A model generated the notes under the pieces. It was given only the letters and a program-made list of their open reading frames with translations. It ran no database searches and was not told the DNA's origin. From the IMG/VR virus record IMGVR_UViG_3300045988_061465, positions 72,493-136,492 of that record: a stretch of 64,000 bases of DNA. The stretch is one strand, 5' to 3'. Source of the DNA: a virus. This document shows, one piece after another, positions 1-10,462 of this stretch. Position 1 is the first letter of the stretch; each line of letters begins with the position of its first letter. Position numbers and translations under genes: made by a program.

Positions 1-1065
1 TCTCTGCTTACTCTTTATAGGACTGGAATCTAAACCAAGAACAATACCAACAGATAAACCTTTACAGTCTAAACCCTCATTAGCTAACTGGACGCTATTA
101 AGCACTCCAGAACTAAGTGTGGAAAATTCTTCTATGGTTATTCTGTTTTTCTTTTTACTCTCTCTTCCAGTATAAACATATCCTATACCTATGCTTTCAG
201 CCATTTTCACATTAGCTGAAAAGGTAATGATTTTCTTATCAGACCTATACTTGATTATCTCCTTGGCTATTTCTAGCTTCTTAGCATGATTGTATATGAA
301 CTTTTTCCTACTCTGCAAAGCTCTCATGAACGCCGTAGCATGAAAAGTAATTTCCTTGAAAACTTCTTTCCTATCCAGCTTGCTGTTTTGGTTACATAGT
401 TCGTCCCTATACTTAGCCCTATTGACAAATCCGTTTGGACCTAACATACTCATAACTAAGTCAAAATCAAAGTTAAAATATTCAAAATGTTGAACAAACT
501 CCTTGTTATATTTTCTATACAAGTCTATGTCGTCCACCGTTATTATAACTTGGTATTCTGAAAAGTTTGATACCCAACCATTGGCTTTGGCTACTTCTAT
601 AGAAATATTATCAATTTCTGGACAGTATTTTTCTATGATACTGTGCTTTCCATCAAGCCTTTCTATAGTAGCAGTTAAACCAAGAATAAGTTTATATTTT
701 ACCTTAGTAAATACAGAAGAGAAAGTATCAGCAGGACATCTGTGAATTTCATCCAGAATTAGAAGGTCACAATCATACCCGTTCTTTGCCATGGAATTAA
801 TAATCCCAACTTCGACATTCAATCCATATCCCAAACTGTCTAGGATTCCAGACCATTGTTCTTGCAAAGTAGAATTTGGAACGACTACTAATACCCTGAT
901 AGAAGGATACTTAGAAATAAGTTTTCCTATAATAATAGTAGCAACCCTAGTCTTTCCATATCCAGTACAAGCAACTATTGTACCTCTTCCTTTGGACTTA
1001 ATCCACTTTTTGACGGACTCCTCCTGCCGCTCATCACGAGTGACAGGAGTAAAAAGGTCCTTCAT
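1..1065 (-). CDS. Superfamily-2 helicase (DEIH box), partial; C-terminus runs off window start
   Basis: Minus-strand ORF open from ATG at 1065-1063 (overlaps upstream stop as TAATG) to position 1. Walker A ACTGYGKT, motif II LILDEIH, motif III LGLTAT. Absent from the ORF track because there is no stop inside the window. Confidence 0.75.
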   Translation of the reverse strand, partial: MKDLFTPVTRDERQEESVKKWIKSKGRGTIVACTGYGKTRVATIIIGKLISKYPSIRVLVVVPNSTLQEQWSGILDSLGYGLNVEVGIINSMAKNGYDCDLLILDEIHRCPADTFSSVFTKVKYKLILGLTATIERLDGKHSIIEKYCPEIDNISIEVAKANGWVSNFSEYQVIITVDDIDLYRKYNKEFVQHFEYFNFDFDLVMSMLGPNGFVNRAKYRDELCNQNSKLDRKEVFKEITFHATAFMRALQSRKKFIYNHAKKLEIAKEIIKYRSDKKIITFSANVKMAESIGIGYVYTGRESKKKNRITIEEFSTLSSGVLNSVQLANEGLDCKGLSVGIVLGLDSSPIKSKQR

Positions 1066-1928
1066 TAGTCTATATTTCTAGTGATGTCCCAACCTTTAAG
1101 TTCGGCAACTTTCTTAATTTCTTCCATTTTGTCCTTCCACTGTTTGGCTTGACTTTCGCATTGATTCTGGAAGCGATAAAGAACCTTGCTCGACAACAGT
1201 CTCAACTGATCACTAGTTAAGTTTGCATATTTATCTCGTTTCAGTCTACACATCGATCTAAACTCAGCATAACTTAATCCAGTATCACAGATTTTAAGAG
1301 CAATAGAAGGATTCAAACGAAGTTCCTTACTTACCACCAAAAGTCTATTGACAGCTTTACCTGTTACAGGGTCTTTACGATACAAGTCCTTTTGCATTTC
1401 TTGCTGTGTAAACCAAAGTCCCATCTTGACAATGAAATTCAACGTCAAATGAGAGTTATCAAACAATCCCAAAGAATCCAGACAAGCGTCCATAACTAAA
1501 CTTACAGGTACTTCTCTAAACTCTACAGGGATACCATTAAGAATATTTCCAATAGGATAAACTTTAATAGCCTCATTGGTCAAAATCTCTTTATTATTCT
1601 TGATGGTAATTCTCAGGTCTTCCAAACAGCGGGTGTTTGTGTATTGTTTCTCAGCTCTAAGCCATCTAATAAGAAGCTCTGCTCGACATCTCTGTATTTG
1701 ATCGGACACTATATCTAGTAATGTTAAACGACCTGGATTCTTGGTATCCGAGTTGTACAACATTTGTTCACAGTGGTTATAGAAGCGTTTCAGCTGGTCA
1801 TAATCAGCATCCACTAACTTTATTTCCTCCTGGACTCCGTTTACTTTAGGTCCTTTCCATACATAGCTATTAACATCGTTTGCTTTATCATTCAAAGCCT
1901 CTCTCAGCTTATCTCCTAATACAGTCAT
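1065..1928 (-). CDS. hypothetical protein (287 aa)
   Basis: Long ORF on the dominant minus strand in the ORF track; no recognisable motif. Confidence 0.6.
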   Translation of the reverse strand: MTVLGDKLREALNDKANDVNSYVWKGPKVNGVQEEIKLVDADYDQLKRFYNHCEQMLYNSDTKNPGRLTLLDIVSDQIQRCRAELLIRWLRAEKQYTNTRCLEDLRITIKNNKEILTNEAIKVYPIGNILNGIPVEFREVPVSLVMDACLDSLGLFDNSHLTLNFIVKMGLWFTQQEMQKDLYRKDPVTGKAVNRLLVVSKELRLNPSIALKICDTGLSYAEFRSMCRLKRDKYANLTSDQLRLLSSKVLYRFQNQCESQAKQWKDKMEEIKKVAELKGWDITRNID

Positions 1929-1972
1929 AAATTATTCTTTAAAAATACTTCATAGTTCATCTAATTTTAATG

Positions 1973-2296
1973 TTAATCTAATAATATTTGTCCACATTCT
2001 AGAGACGGTTTTTCATGAATAAATTTCAGGAAAATTATATTCGTCTCCTTATATGGAACGAAATCTGTACCATCGTACCATTTATCAATGCCTTCTTCTA
2101 CATATCTTAGAGATACATATCCGACATCACCTAATTTCATAGAACACTGGTTCCAATTCGGAAATCGAACACACATTATGTCTTTGTAATCTAGATTATC
2201 ATATTCTAGACGTTCAAAGACATAATTTGCATAACCCATTCCGTCCTCACATTCAGCTACAAACTTAACATGGTAAGTTACTTCTTTGGTTTCCAC
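1973..2296 (-). CDS. hypothetical protein (107 aa)
   Basis: ORF track; same strand as its neighbours. Confidence 0.45.
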   Translation of the reverse strand: METKEVTYHVKFVAECEDGMGYANYVFERLEYDNLDYKDIMCVRFPNWNQCSMKLGDVGYVSLRYVEEGIDKWYDGTDFVPYKETNIIFLKFIHEKPSLECGQILLD

Positions 2297-2450
2297 ACCT
2301 CAAAGGTATTAATATCCTCGAACTTCCTGCAGCCATAAGAGGCAAAGTCCCCTTGTAGTTTGTCCATATTTGGCAAACAGGGATAGTTCTTACACCTAGT
2401 ACAGCTACGTTCAGGATGTTTATAGTGAAAACCATCTTTGTCCTTAAACA

Positions 2451-2825
2451 TTACTTCAGTAATAGGCATAATAATATTAATACACATGAGCCAGCAGCTC
2501 CATATTTGATTACGTTCTGCTTCTTCTTTAAAGACTTATTAAGACCTTCAATTGATCTATTTTTATCTTCAATTATGTTTCCATAATACAGTAACTGGAC
2601 TCTGCGAACAGAATCCGTTTTCTCCCAACTTTTGTTTATAAGTTCTAAATTAGCTATTTGACTCTTCAATAAAGGAACAGTTTCGGACAATTTCTGATGT
2701 TCAGCAAATATCAGATTAGTTGTCTTTAACTGTTCGCCGGTTATTGTAACGGTCGATGTATTCTGAGAAAAAGCACAAATTGATGCTATCAGAACTAGAC
2801 ATAATAGTAGATACTTTTTCATCAT
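2451..2825 (-). CDS. hypothetical secreted or membrane-anchored protein (N-terminal hydrophobic signal)
   Basis: ORF track; N-terminus MMKKYLLLCLVLIASICAFS resembles a signal peptide. Confidence 0.45.
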   Translation of the reverse strand: MMKKYLLLCLVLIASICAFSQNTSTVTITGEQLKTTNLIFAEHQKLSETVPLLKSQIANLELINKSWEKTDSVRRVQLLYYGNIIEDKNRSIEGLNKSLKKKQNVIKYGAAGSCVLILLCLLLK

Positions 2826-3007
2826 ACTCCTTGTCTATATATTTAATTTTCTCAACAATGGAATCATTAACTATATAAATGCTATCTCTAATGATAGAAT
2901 CCCTTACAATCTCTTGCACATTAGGAGTGCTAGGATTACTATCTCTCTTAGGGATAGACAAATATATAATTATTAATCCCATTATGACAATTAAAATATA
3001 GCAAAAC

Positions 3008-3598
3008 TTAGTCTTGTTCATTTATCTCAATACCTGCAGCCTTAGCCTCCTCTACGAGCTTAACGCATCCGACTACATCCACACCTTCCTTCGTTGCCAG
3101 TTTCACAACAAGTTTCTCATTATCAGAGAGACCTTCCACTTTAGCTTTTAGAGCTTGCTTTTTGTCGAAACGAGCTTTCATCTGATTGTAACCCTTGATA
3201 ATTCTCTCTGGATTCTCTTTAAGGAAATTAACCTCCTGTTTCAAGAAAGCCTTTACCAAAGTCTTACTAGCTACTCCTCTATCTCTAGTATAGATAGTAG
3301 GACATTTAGGGTCGTGCAAAGCTTTATTGTAGGCATTAGCTTTACCTCTCTCCTTGTCAAACGTATCAGTCGGGTGACATACACTGATACCAACAGATAC
3401 GACTCTACAAACTTCTGCGTAATCTGGATCATCTACACAGACAAATTCGTCCATTTCGTTTACCCAACCTACTGCAAGTTTGCAACCATCCTCACTCTCT
3501 TCTGGAGATTGGCTCAAAGCACACGCTACAATTTTGTGTTCCTCACCCTTAAAGTCTACAAACGAGTCAATCAAATACTCAGCTACATCCTGTTTCAT
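3008..3598 (-). CDS. hypothetical protein (196 aa)
   Basis: ORF track. Confidence 0.55.
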   Translation of the reverse strand: MKQDVAEYLIDSFVDFKGEEHKIVACALSQSPEESEDGCKLAVGWVNEMDEFVCVDDPDYAEVCRVVSVGISVCHPTDTFDKERGKANAYNKALHDPKCPTIYTRDRGVASKTLVKAFLKQEVNFLKENPERIIKGYNQMKARFDKKQALKAKVEGLSDNEKLVVKLATKEGVDVVGCVKLVEEAKAAGIEINEQD

Positions 3599-3831
3599 TT
3601 TCTACAATTTTAAAACCGTTATTAATTAAATATTCTTCTGGAGCAAACTGTAATTCGAAAAATCTATGCAATGAATAGTTTTTTCTCTTTACAGAGATTA
3701 AATTTTTCTTTTTAAGTGTAATAGGTTTATCAGAAGCATAATACTTTTCTTCCATGAGGGCTGCTCCCCATCCCCACATTTGATAAACCGAACTACAGTA
3801 GATAAACTTGTCGTGCGTATGCACAATCTGT

Positions 3832-4305
3832 CTATCCTTCTCGTAAGTCTTCCGTAAGGTCGTCATAAAATACTTGAATAGTTCTAAAGATAAATTTATT
3901 CTTTTCTGAATTGTAACATTCGTTCCAGCTACGATTTTTATAGTGGTCTAGAATTTCAGAAGCTCTTACATTATAATATATATTTCTGCAAAAGCTTTCG
4001 TCTTCATCACATTCAGCAGAATTTATTGTATAATTTCCGATGCCAATAGCGTAATGATAGTGACTTCCAGAAATTTCACTAAATCTATCTTCTAACTCAT
4101 AATCTTCGTATATTATTACTCTAAACTTGAACTTGTCCTTACTAAGAAGTTTTGCCAGGCAATATGCTACATAGCAGCACCCTCCAGCATTAATATCGTA
4201 CTCTTCATCTAGAAACCTACAAAGTTTATTCAGTCTCTCCGCTAGAATTTCTTGTACTTCCGTAGATTTGGAGTTCAATCTCCTCCTTTGCTTTTTTAAA
4301 CTCAT
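3832..4305 (-). CDS. hypothetical protein (157 aa)
   Basis: ORF track. Confidence 0.5.
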   Translation of the reverse strand: MSLKKQRRRLNSKSTEVQEILAERLNKLCRFLDEEYDINAGGCCYVAYCLAKLLSKDKFKFRVIIYEDYELEDRFSEISGSHYHYAIGIGNYTINSAECDEDESFCRNIYYNVRASEILDHYKNRSWNECYNSEKNKFIFRTIQVFYDDLTEDLREG

Positions 4306-4542
4306 CCAAGTACTTACCTAAAGTTACAATTTCATCTTTTCCGAATTTTCTTCTAACTGCATAGTGGATACATCTCTTCACTGCAGATTCTAGCAGGAAT
4401 CCATATCCTACTACCTTGAACTCTTTTCTCGGATTTTTACCACCAATATCACATAACAACTCCAAGTCGAAACGAGGAGATGAATCGTTAATTGGGGTTA
4501 ACCTGTAAAATGGACCTTCAATTACCATCTCTTTTTAAATTA

Positions 4543-5355
4543 CTATCCGCATACATCTATCACTGTTAAATTATTATTACTAGGCTTATATCCATAATCA
4601 CAATATGAATTAGTTATTATAACACGATCAAAATTGTTACACAGATTTACCAAGCCTTTGATATTTACAGCATGACAAACTATAATCTCGAATTTAGAGT
4701 CTGGATATCTTTCTTTAAGAACTTTAAGCTCTCCAAGGAATGTTCCTCCAGCGTCACACAAATCATCAATAAAAGTAAAGGTTGGATAATAACAATTAAC
4801 CTCTCTTCCAATGGAAAACTCCTTAATCTTACCAGTTTCCAAATCTCTCACCTTATTGAACACAATATGTCCCCAATTATTAGAGAGAATTTTGTACCTT
4901 TGGTAAGCTCCAGCATCTGGGAATACAATATTAGATTGAACATCTAGATGCGATTCAAAGTTAAACTTTTGAGGATAACATCTAGTTCCTAACAATCCCT
5001 TAGTTCTTTCCGAATGGGGTTCCAAAATCATAACATGACGATAATTCATAGTATTCAGGATACTACAAACCACTTTTAGAGAAAATGGTCGGTTAAAGTC
5101 CATTACTCTATCCATACGCATGGACATTAGATAGGTAATAAACAAATCCCACTCAATCTCTTGTCTATCAAGAATGTCTCCGACTTGAGTTAGAATAAAT
5201 AATTCTTCAGCAGAAGTAATTCTACATATAACCTTTACTGAATCTTTCCTATCAAATTCGTCAGGAAAACTTATCTGAGGTTCTCCGTCAGGAAATCTAG
5301 TGAGGTTATACTTAATCTCACTTTTGTCCAAGTTAATTAAGTTTAATAATTTCAT
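4543..5355 (-). CDS. ribose-phosphate pyrophosphokinase-like (Prs / possible ADPR-PP synthetase Adps)
   Basis: N-terminal FPDGE (Prs-like FSDGE) and a PRPP-binding-type motif FIDDLCDAGGT (cf. Prs VLVDDMIDTGGT). 270 aa. Confidence 0.7.
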   Translation of the reverse strand: MKLLNLINLDKSEIKYNLTRFPDGEPQISFPDEFDRKDSVKVICRITSAEELFILTQVGDILDRQEIEWDLFITYLMSMRMDRVMDFNRPFSLKVVCSILNTMNYRHVMILEPHSERTKGLLGTRCYPQKFNFESHLDVQSNIVFPDAGAYQRYKILSNNWGHIVFNKVRDLETGKIKEFSIGREVNCYYPTFTFIDDLCDAGGTFLGELKVLKERYPDSKFEIIVCHAVNIKGLVNLCNNFDRVIITNSYCDYGYKPSNNNLTVIDVCG

Positions 5356-5830
5356 CTACAACATATTTTAAAATTTCGTAACTTTCTTCTAAGCCTGCTC
5401 TATCATCCAGTAAAATATTATAATAGGACTTTTTAGAATTTGGGAATAGTCTACTACTTGTAAAGGGAGGTATGATCATATCATTGATAAGATTCCCTAC
5501 CCTCATTTGAACACACTCCACTTGTTTCTCTATAATTTTATCTTCATCTTCTTCAGTGGAAAATAAAATCATTTCAAAACCTAGCATAGTACAATGTCTC
5601 AATAAGTTGACGACACAACTATAGTCTCCTCCATTATTATGGTAGTCAAAAATAGTGTTGTCATAATCGAAAGCGACTATTAGCTTTCCGTATTTCTTAT
5701 ACTCTTCTAATAGTCGCTTCTTGCAAGCCTCTTTTCCGAATGGATGGTTAAAACTTTCCATAAAGCCCTTCATTAATTCGCTGTCTAACTTCTTTAAGAG
5801 TGTATTCCTTCTTAAGAACACCGTCTTCAA
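5333..5830 (-). CDS. HAD-superfamily phosphatase-like protein
   Basis: LIVAFDYDNTIF matches HAD motif I (hhhhDxDxT). 165 aa. Overlaps the Prs-like and NAMPT-like genes. Confidence 0.4.
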   Translation of the reverse strand: MKTVFLRRNTLLKKLDSELMKGFMESFNHPFGKEACKKRLLEEYKKYGKLIVAFDYDNTIFDYHNNGGDYSCVVNLLRHCTMLGFEMILFSTEEDEDKIIEKQVECVQMRVGNLINDMIIPPFTSSRLFPNSKKSYYNILLDDRAGLEESYEILKYVVDEIIKLN

Positions 5831-7310
5831 ATACAGTTTCTAGACAACCTCCATCCTCTACTTCAGGAGTTACTTGGTCTTCAGCATAGTAGACACCATT
5901 GACATCCTGATATACTGCAATCAGACCTTTCAAAGAGTTCTTAGTTCCATCATCAGTCTTAGGATGTTTGAATATTTCTTTCAATTCTCCATTAATTACA
6001 CAAGCAGTAGCCTTAATTGCAAATCCTAAGCTATCTCTACTTGCATACTGATATGAAAATGAACCTACTCCTAGAACAAGATTGCAAGCTGCCATATGAG
6101 CGTTCTCAAGTCGCATATAGATTTGCTTCTGACGTTCAAGAGTAATAGAATCACCATACAACAAACCTATTTTCGTACTAGGATAACGATAATCCCTAGA
6201 AGTAGTATTCCAGCCGAATATTTTACCAAGCATATAATAAGCACCATAGTATTGACCTTCTGAAACTTCTACATACTCAGCATCATCGTTAAATGGGGCA
6301 TAGCAACAATAATACTTACCCTCTTTCATCCTAGTATGGAAGTGAGGATTAGTTCTTAAACCACAAATAATATCAACAGGGTCTCCGCTATCTGGACGAA
6401 TAACTACACGTCCATCACGAGCCATAATATCCTTCTTTAATTTGGGAAGGAAGTTTTCAATAACATTCCAGAAGTCCCAAGTATCAGAAACTATAGAAAC
6501 GAACCCAGATGGATACAATTCATTAATTAATCGCTTAAAGGTTTGAAGTTCATCCTCTTCTCCGCCAGCACACATTACAGAATGTTCTGTAGCTGGAACA
6601 GTAGCAGCAATTAATTCATTGTCAGAATTTGCACCATAATATTCTTCTAGAGCAGCAATAGCTGGAATGGTCTCACTTCCAACAAACGAAGTCATATGTG
6701 CCATACCAGAAATGATAGCAGCCTCTAAACCAGCCATTCCTCTCATAGAGAAGTCATGACACAAGAAATCCAGATTTACATCTTCTGGAAATCCGGTATG
6801 TACTGCGTGTCTTTTAAGTTCCTTCTTATAGAGTCTTGCTCTAGTAGCAGAGGTGCAAGGCATCCACAGAGTACAACTAATCAAAGTCTCTAGATAATTA
6901 GTTAACCAGAAGAACTCTGACTTTGTATTAGTAATAGTCATCATGGGAACTCTGATAGGGCATACTGAACCTTCTGGCAACGCTTTAATGCGAATAGGAA
7001 GGTAACCCAAATCATACAAGGCTTCAATATGTCTATACCCTACAGATTCAATTCCCACGAAGTTGTGAACTCTTCGATAAAACATTTCTACAGCTTTCTC
7101 TTTAGGCAACTCAAAGAAATTCTTGTTAAATTCGTCAATCAAATACTTTTTAATTAAATACTGGATTCCGAATACTACAGAACCTTCAGTGGCTTCTGGA
7201 AAGTATTTGTTGCTTCTGGGAGTCCAATTACTGTAAACTTGTTCAGTACCTTCTGGGTACATTCTGTGGTGGCCCAATTTATAGCCATCTGTTGCATTAA
7301 TTATTTCCAT
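5748..7310 (-). CDS. nicotinamide phosphoribosyltransferase-like (NadV/NAMPT or Namat)
   Basis: 520 aa. N-terminal ATDGYKLGHH is the hallmark NAMPT motif (TDSYKxxH family). Lies next to the Prs-like gene. Confidence 0.75.
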   Translation of the reverse strand: MEIINATDGYKLGHHRMYPEGTEQVYSNWTPRSNKYFPEATEGSVVFGIQYLIKKYLIDEFNKNFFELPKEKAVEMFYRRVHNFVGIESVGYRHIEALYDLGYLPIRIKALPEGSVCPIRVPMMTITNTKSEFFWLTNYLETLISCTLWMPCTSATRARLYKKELKRHAVHTGFPEDVNLDFLCHDFSMRGMAGLEAAIISGMAHMTSFVGSETIPAIAALEEYYGANSDNELIAATVPATEHSVMCAGGEEDELQTFKRLINELYPSGFVSIVSDTWDFWNVIENFLPKLKKDIMARDGRVVIRPDSGDPVDIICGLRTNPHFHTRMKEGKYYCCYAPFNDDAEYVEVSEGQYYGAYYMLGKIFGWNTTSRDYRYPSTKIGLLYGDSITLERQKQIYMRLENAHMAACNLVLGVGSFSYQYASRDSLGFAIKATACVINGELKEIFKHPKTDDGTKNSLKGLIAVYQDVNGVYYAEDQVTPEVEDGGCLETVFEDGVLKKEYTLKEVRQRINEGLYGKF

Positions 7311-7323
7311 TCTAAAAATTATT

Positions 7324-7848
7324 TTAATAACTAATTGTTAATAAACTTTTCATGCCTTTACCACTAGCTAAATTCTTAAAGCACTGAGTGATAAATTCCT
7401 TCGTTTCTGGGTGGATAGCCCTAGGAGAACTTATATACTTAATCCACCAGTTATATTCTCCTTGAAAACTATTACCATTATATACTTTGCCAGCAGCCAG
7501 ATAATCACATACTAATTCCAGAGCATACTCTTTAGGCATCTTCACTGGAACACCTCCAATGTCTAGCTTAGTTACCCAGTACTCGTAATGATGTGGATTT
7601 CTTCCTCTGTGATGTAAATAAGACCTAGAATATCCTAGAATTTCTTTTTCCTTGTTTAAGGGAGATGTGTCATCATCGTAAAATTTTACAGAACGAGAGA
7701 ACTCATACCATCCGAATTTAGATAAGTCGTGCAAGATACCCTGTTTGTATAGACCTAACTGAAAACAGTAATAAGCTACCCAAAACTTATGTTTAAGTAT
7801 TCGCCTAAGATGTTTCAGTGTTATACACATACATTTAAGAATTTCCAT
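7324..7848 (-). CDS. hypothetical protein (174 aa)
   Basis: ORF track. Confidence 0.5.
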   Translation of the reverse strand: MEILKCMCITLKHLRRILKHKFWVAYYCFQLGLYKQGILHDLSKFGWYEFSRSVKFYDDDTSPLNKEKEILGYSRSYLHHRGRNPHHYEYWVTKLDIGGVPVKMPKEYALELVCDYLAAGKVYNGNSFQGEYNWWIKYISSPRAIHPETKEFITQCFKNLASGKGMKSLLTISY

Positions 7849-8168
7849 ATCTTCTTCACTATTCTAGTTAGAAAATTATTTCCTCTTAGATTGAACTTAT
7901 GTGTATATCCAGACAATTTATCTGGATTCCACACAGCATGAACTATATAGAATAAATATCCTACTGTGTATAGCATAATGTTCAGTACTGGGATAAATCC
8001 TAGGATTAGTATTACTAAAACTAGCCACACTGGAACTTTAAGGTCATAGTCTTCTTCTATATGTGGCCCACTTCTGCTATACCAATTGTAATAAACGGTT
8101 ACATGGGTATCTTTCAAGATAAGCACTGTGATGATTACCATCACAGTGCATATTACTAGATACATCAT
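7821..8168 (-). CDS. small integral membrane protein
   Basis: Two long hydrophobic stretches. ORF track. Confidence 0.45.
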   Translation of the reverse strand: MMYLVICTVMVIITVLILKDTHVTVYYNWYSRSGPHIEEDYDLKVPVWLVLVILILGFIPVLNIMLYTVGYLFYIVHAVWNPDKLSGYTHKFNLRGNNFLTRIVKKIWKFLNVCV

Positions 8169-8992
8169 TTGTTATTAGCTACGTCTTTAAATAAGGTGGG
8201 AACCTGACCATAAGTAGGAAGTTTTCCATCCCACTTCTTAATCATATCCTGCTGAACTATGAGAACTGACAAAGATGCTGAAATCTTTCTATTATATTCA
8301 GCTTCTGCATCGCCCTTAATCTTAAGAGCTTCTGCTTCTCCTTGTGCGGCTGCTACTTTCTTTTTAGCTTCTGCCTCAATAGTCTTAACTTCATTCTCTG
8401 CCTTCAAAGCCTGTTGAATTGCAGCATTCTTAGCATCAATAGAATTGACTAGCGTCTGTGGATATTGAAGACCAGAAGTCATTTGTTCAAGCTGAAAGTT
8501 TTCAGCCAAAAGTTCCTTTGACAGTCTATCTTCTATAGACTTCTCAAACTCCTCACGTTTACTTACTAGTTCATCAGTAGTATAGTTATTCAGCTGAATA
8601 CGAAAAGCATTCTTTACGTAGTTATACAAAGTAGTGTTAATTACCTCTACAATATCTTCCTTTCTATACTTCTTAAATACTTCTGGTGATTTCCCGTCAA
8701 CAATCTTCAAAGAAATTGTAGGGTCTACAGTAAACGAGGATCCGTCTTTAGCATTAATACTGAAAGGAGGATAGTCCACAGTCTGTACGAATGTCGGATA
8801 TTCGTATACAGCTGTAGTAACAGGATTGTACCATACTGCACCAGTAACAAGAGACACATCGTCTACTCCTTTACCATCTCCGTATAGATTCACCTTAATG
8901 CCTTCGTAACCAGCATCAATTCTCTCATAGCCACAACTAGACAAGCCAAACACCAAAGTTAATACACACAAAAGCTTAATAATTGTCTTCAT
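8165..8992 (-). CDS. SPFH/band-7 family lipoprotein
   Basis: Lipobox LSSCG after a signal peptide. SPFH-like core followed by an Ala/Glu/Lys-rich coiled coil (AEAKKKVAAAQGEAEALKIKGDAEAE). Confidence 0.55.
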   Translation of the reverse strand: MKTIIKLLCVLTLVFGLSSCGYERIDAGYEGIKVNLYGDGKGVDDVSLVTGAVWYNPVTTAVYEYPTFVQTVDYPPFSINAKDGSSFTVDPTISLKIVDGKSPEVFKKYRKEDIVEVINTTLYNYVKNAFRIQLNNYTTDELVSKREEFEKSIEDRLSKELLAENFQLEQMTSGLQYPQTLVNSIDAKNAAIQQALKAENEVKTIEAEAKKKVAAAQGEAEALKIKGDAEAEYNRKISASLSVLIVQQDMIKKWDGKLPTYGQVPTLFKDVANNK

Positions 8993-9188
8993 TTTCCTTA
9001 TTTAAATAATGTTTCTTAATATATTTGAATATCCTATAAACTAAACTTGGGATTGCCACTAGTAATAGTAACAACCCCAAGATATTTGCAGCATACAATG
9101 ATTCGGATAATAACCATAAGCTGACGTTGTAAATCACAACGATTAACAGAACAGCGATGAATGCCTTAATTAAGTTTTTCTCGACCAT
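8976..9188 (-). CDS. small two-helix membrane protein
   Basis: 70 aa and strongly hydrophobic. Overlaps the start of the SPFH gene. Confidence 0.35.
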   Translation of the reverse strand: MVEKNLIKAFIAVLLIVVIYNVSLWLLSESLYAANILGLLLLLVAIPSLVYRIFKYIKKHYLNKENEDNY

Positions 9189-9429
9189 AGAATAATATAT
9201 TCTCTATTGCCGCTTTTATTATACCATAGTAGTACATTATCCTCTGTAATATCTACATACGGGTCATAATAAATATACGCAGCAAACATTATGCACACAA
9301 TTATAAATGCAACCATGATTCATCGAGTTTTAATAGACCCAGGTCTGGTAGTTGCAGCCTGAAAGTCTTTTCCTTGTTTATCCCACCATGCCTGCTTTGC
9401 TTTTAACCAAGCTACTTTTTTCTTATACT

Positions 9430-10446
9430 TCATTGTTCAGAAATTATTACAATACGATTAAATTCATTATCTCCAAATTCAGTGGTAATTCCGCATCCCT
9501 TAACAACCAATTTATCCTCTGGAGCACCATAGCTAATCAGAGCCTTCTTCATAAATTCTGCCCTAGCTACAGCAAGGTTATTGTTAAACTCTTCTGGACC
9601 TTCTTCCGAAGCGTATCCCTCAATCACATAAGCTTTTCCACTATTAGAAATATAGGAAGCTAGTTCTGAGACAGCCACATTGGAAGTTTTGGAAATCTCC
9701 GAAGAATTTTGAAGGAATTGAATTTTTGGAGTCAAAAGCTCTACTTTAGTAATTTTGATTGTGTCTGTCTTAACAATTTCTACTGGTTTACGAGCCATAA
9801 GTTCCTCATTCTTGGCTCTCAACTCATTAATAGAAGCATTTAGGCTTTCAACCTCAGCATCACTATACAACTTCATAATTGGAAAGTTACCCTTGCTAGA
9901 CTTAAAGCGATAGGTAGCACCAATATAGACATTAAACTCATGATTCAGAGGAGAAGTCTTGGGAAGTAACATATACTCAGGAGTAACATTTAATGCCCAT
10001 CTATTAGAGATATTAAAGTTACATCTAACGGCTCCACGGGCGGATACATTATTATAGACATCTCCATAAGTATGATACCAACCAGCACCGACAATTAATA
10101 TAGGTTCAAACAGACGTCTATCTCCGTTATATCCACATATCAAGTTAGTAAGATTAGTAGTAACATTAGCTGTCAAATTGTGTGAATCAAAGAATGTCTT
10201 ATTTCCTTGATTCATTCCAGCTGTCATGTCTAACTCCAAGCCAAAGATAGGAGTAATTTCCTTACCAATAGCAATGTTTACTAGTACATCATTCGGTTCT
10301 GCCCAACTTCTATGGTTATCCCAGATAGTAGTTCCAACATTACCAGAAATATACCAGTTATCCTTCATACTTCCAGTCTCAACAACTTGTGCGCTAGCAA
10401 ATGCACACATTAAACACAAACAAATAATACTAAAAATTCTCTTCAT
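9430..10446 (-). CDS. OmpA-family outer-membrane protein
   Basis: Signal peptide, beta-barrel-like N-terminal half, and a C-terminal OmpA domain (AYVIEGYASEEG...NNNLAVARAE...NRIVII). Confidence 0.7.
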   Translation of the reverse strand: MKRIFSIICLCLMCAFASAQVVETGSMKDNWYISGNVGTTIWDNHRSWAEPNDVLVNIAIGKEITPIFGLELDMTAGMNQGNKTFFDSHNLTANVTTNLTNLICGYNGDRRLFEPILIVGAGWYHTYGDVYNNVSARGAVRCNFNISNRWALNVTPEYMLLPKTSPLNHEFNVYIGATYRFKSSKGNFPIMKLYSDAEVESLNASINELRAKNEELMARKPVEIVKTDTIKITKVELLTPKIQFLQNSSEISKTSNVAVSELASYISNSGKAYVIEGYASEEGPEEFNNNLAVARAEFMKKALISYGAPEDKLVVKGCGITTEFGDNEFNRIVIISEQ

Positions 10447-10462
10447 AATTAAATTAATTAAA

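Noticed and set aside
503-1081. Plus-strand ORFs 503..745 and 791..1081
   Set aside because: They lie antisense to the continuous minus-strand helicase reading frame (Walker A and DEIH motifs on the minus strand). Shadow ORFs.
3155-3613. Numerous plus-strand ORFs inside minus-strand genes, for example 3155..3613, 4672..4947, 9352..9663, 10226..10534, 15024..15260, 15383..15640, 15517..15933, 16024..16486, 17146..17397, 17884..18081, 27455..27763, 30966..31370, 31563..31820, 32139..32991, 39011..39411
   Set aside because: All are antisense to longer, motif-bearing minus-strand genes in a region where every supported gene is leftward. The low-complexity AEAEK repeat of the flotillin gene generates several of them.
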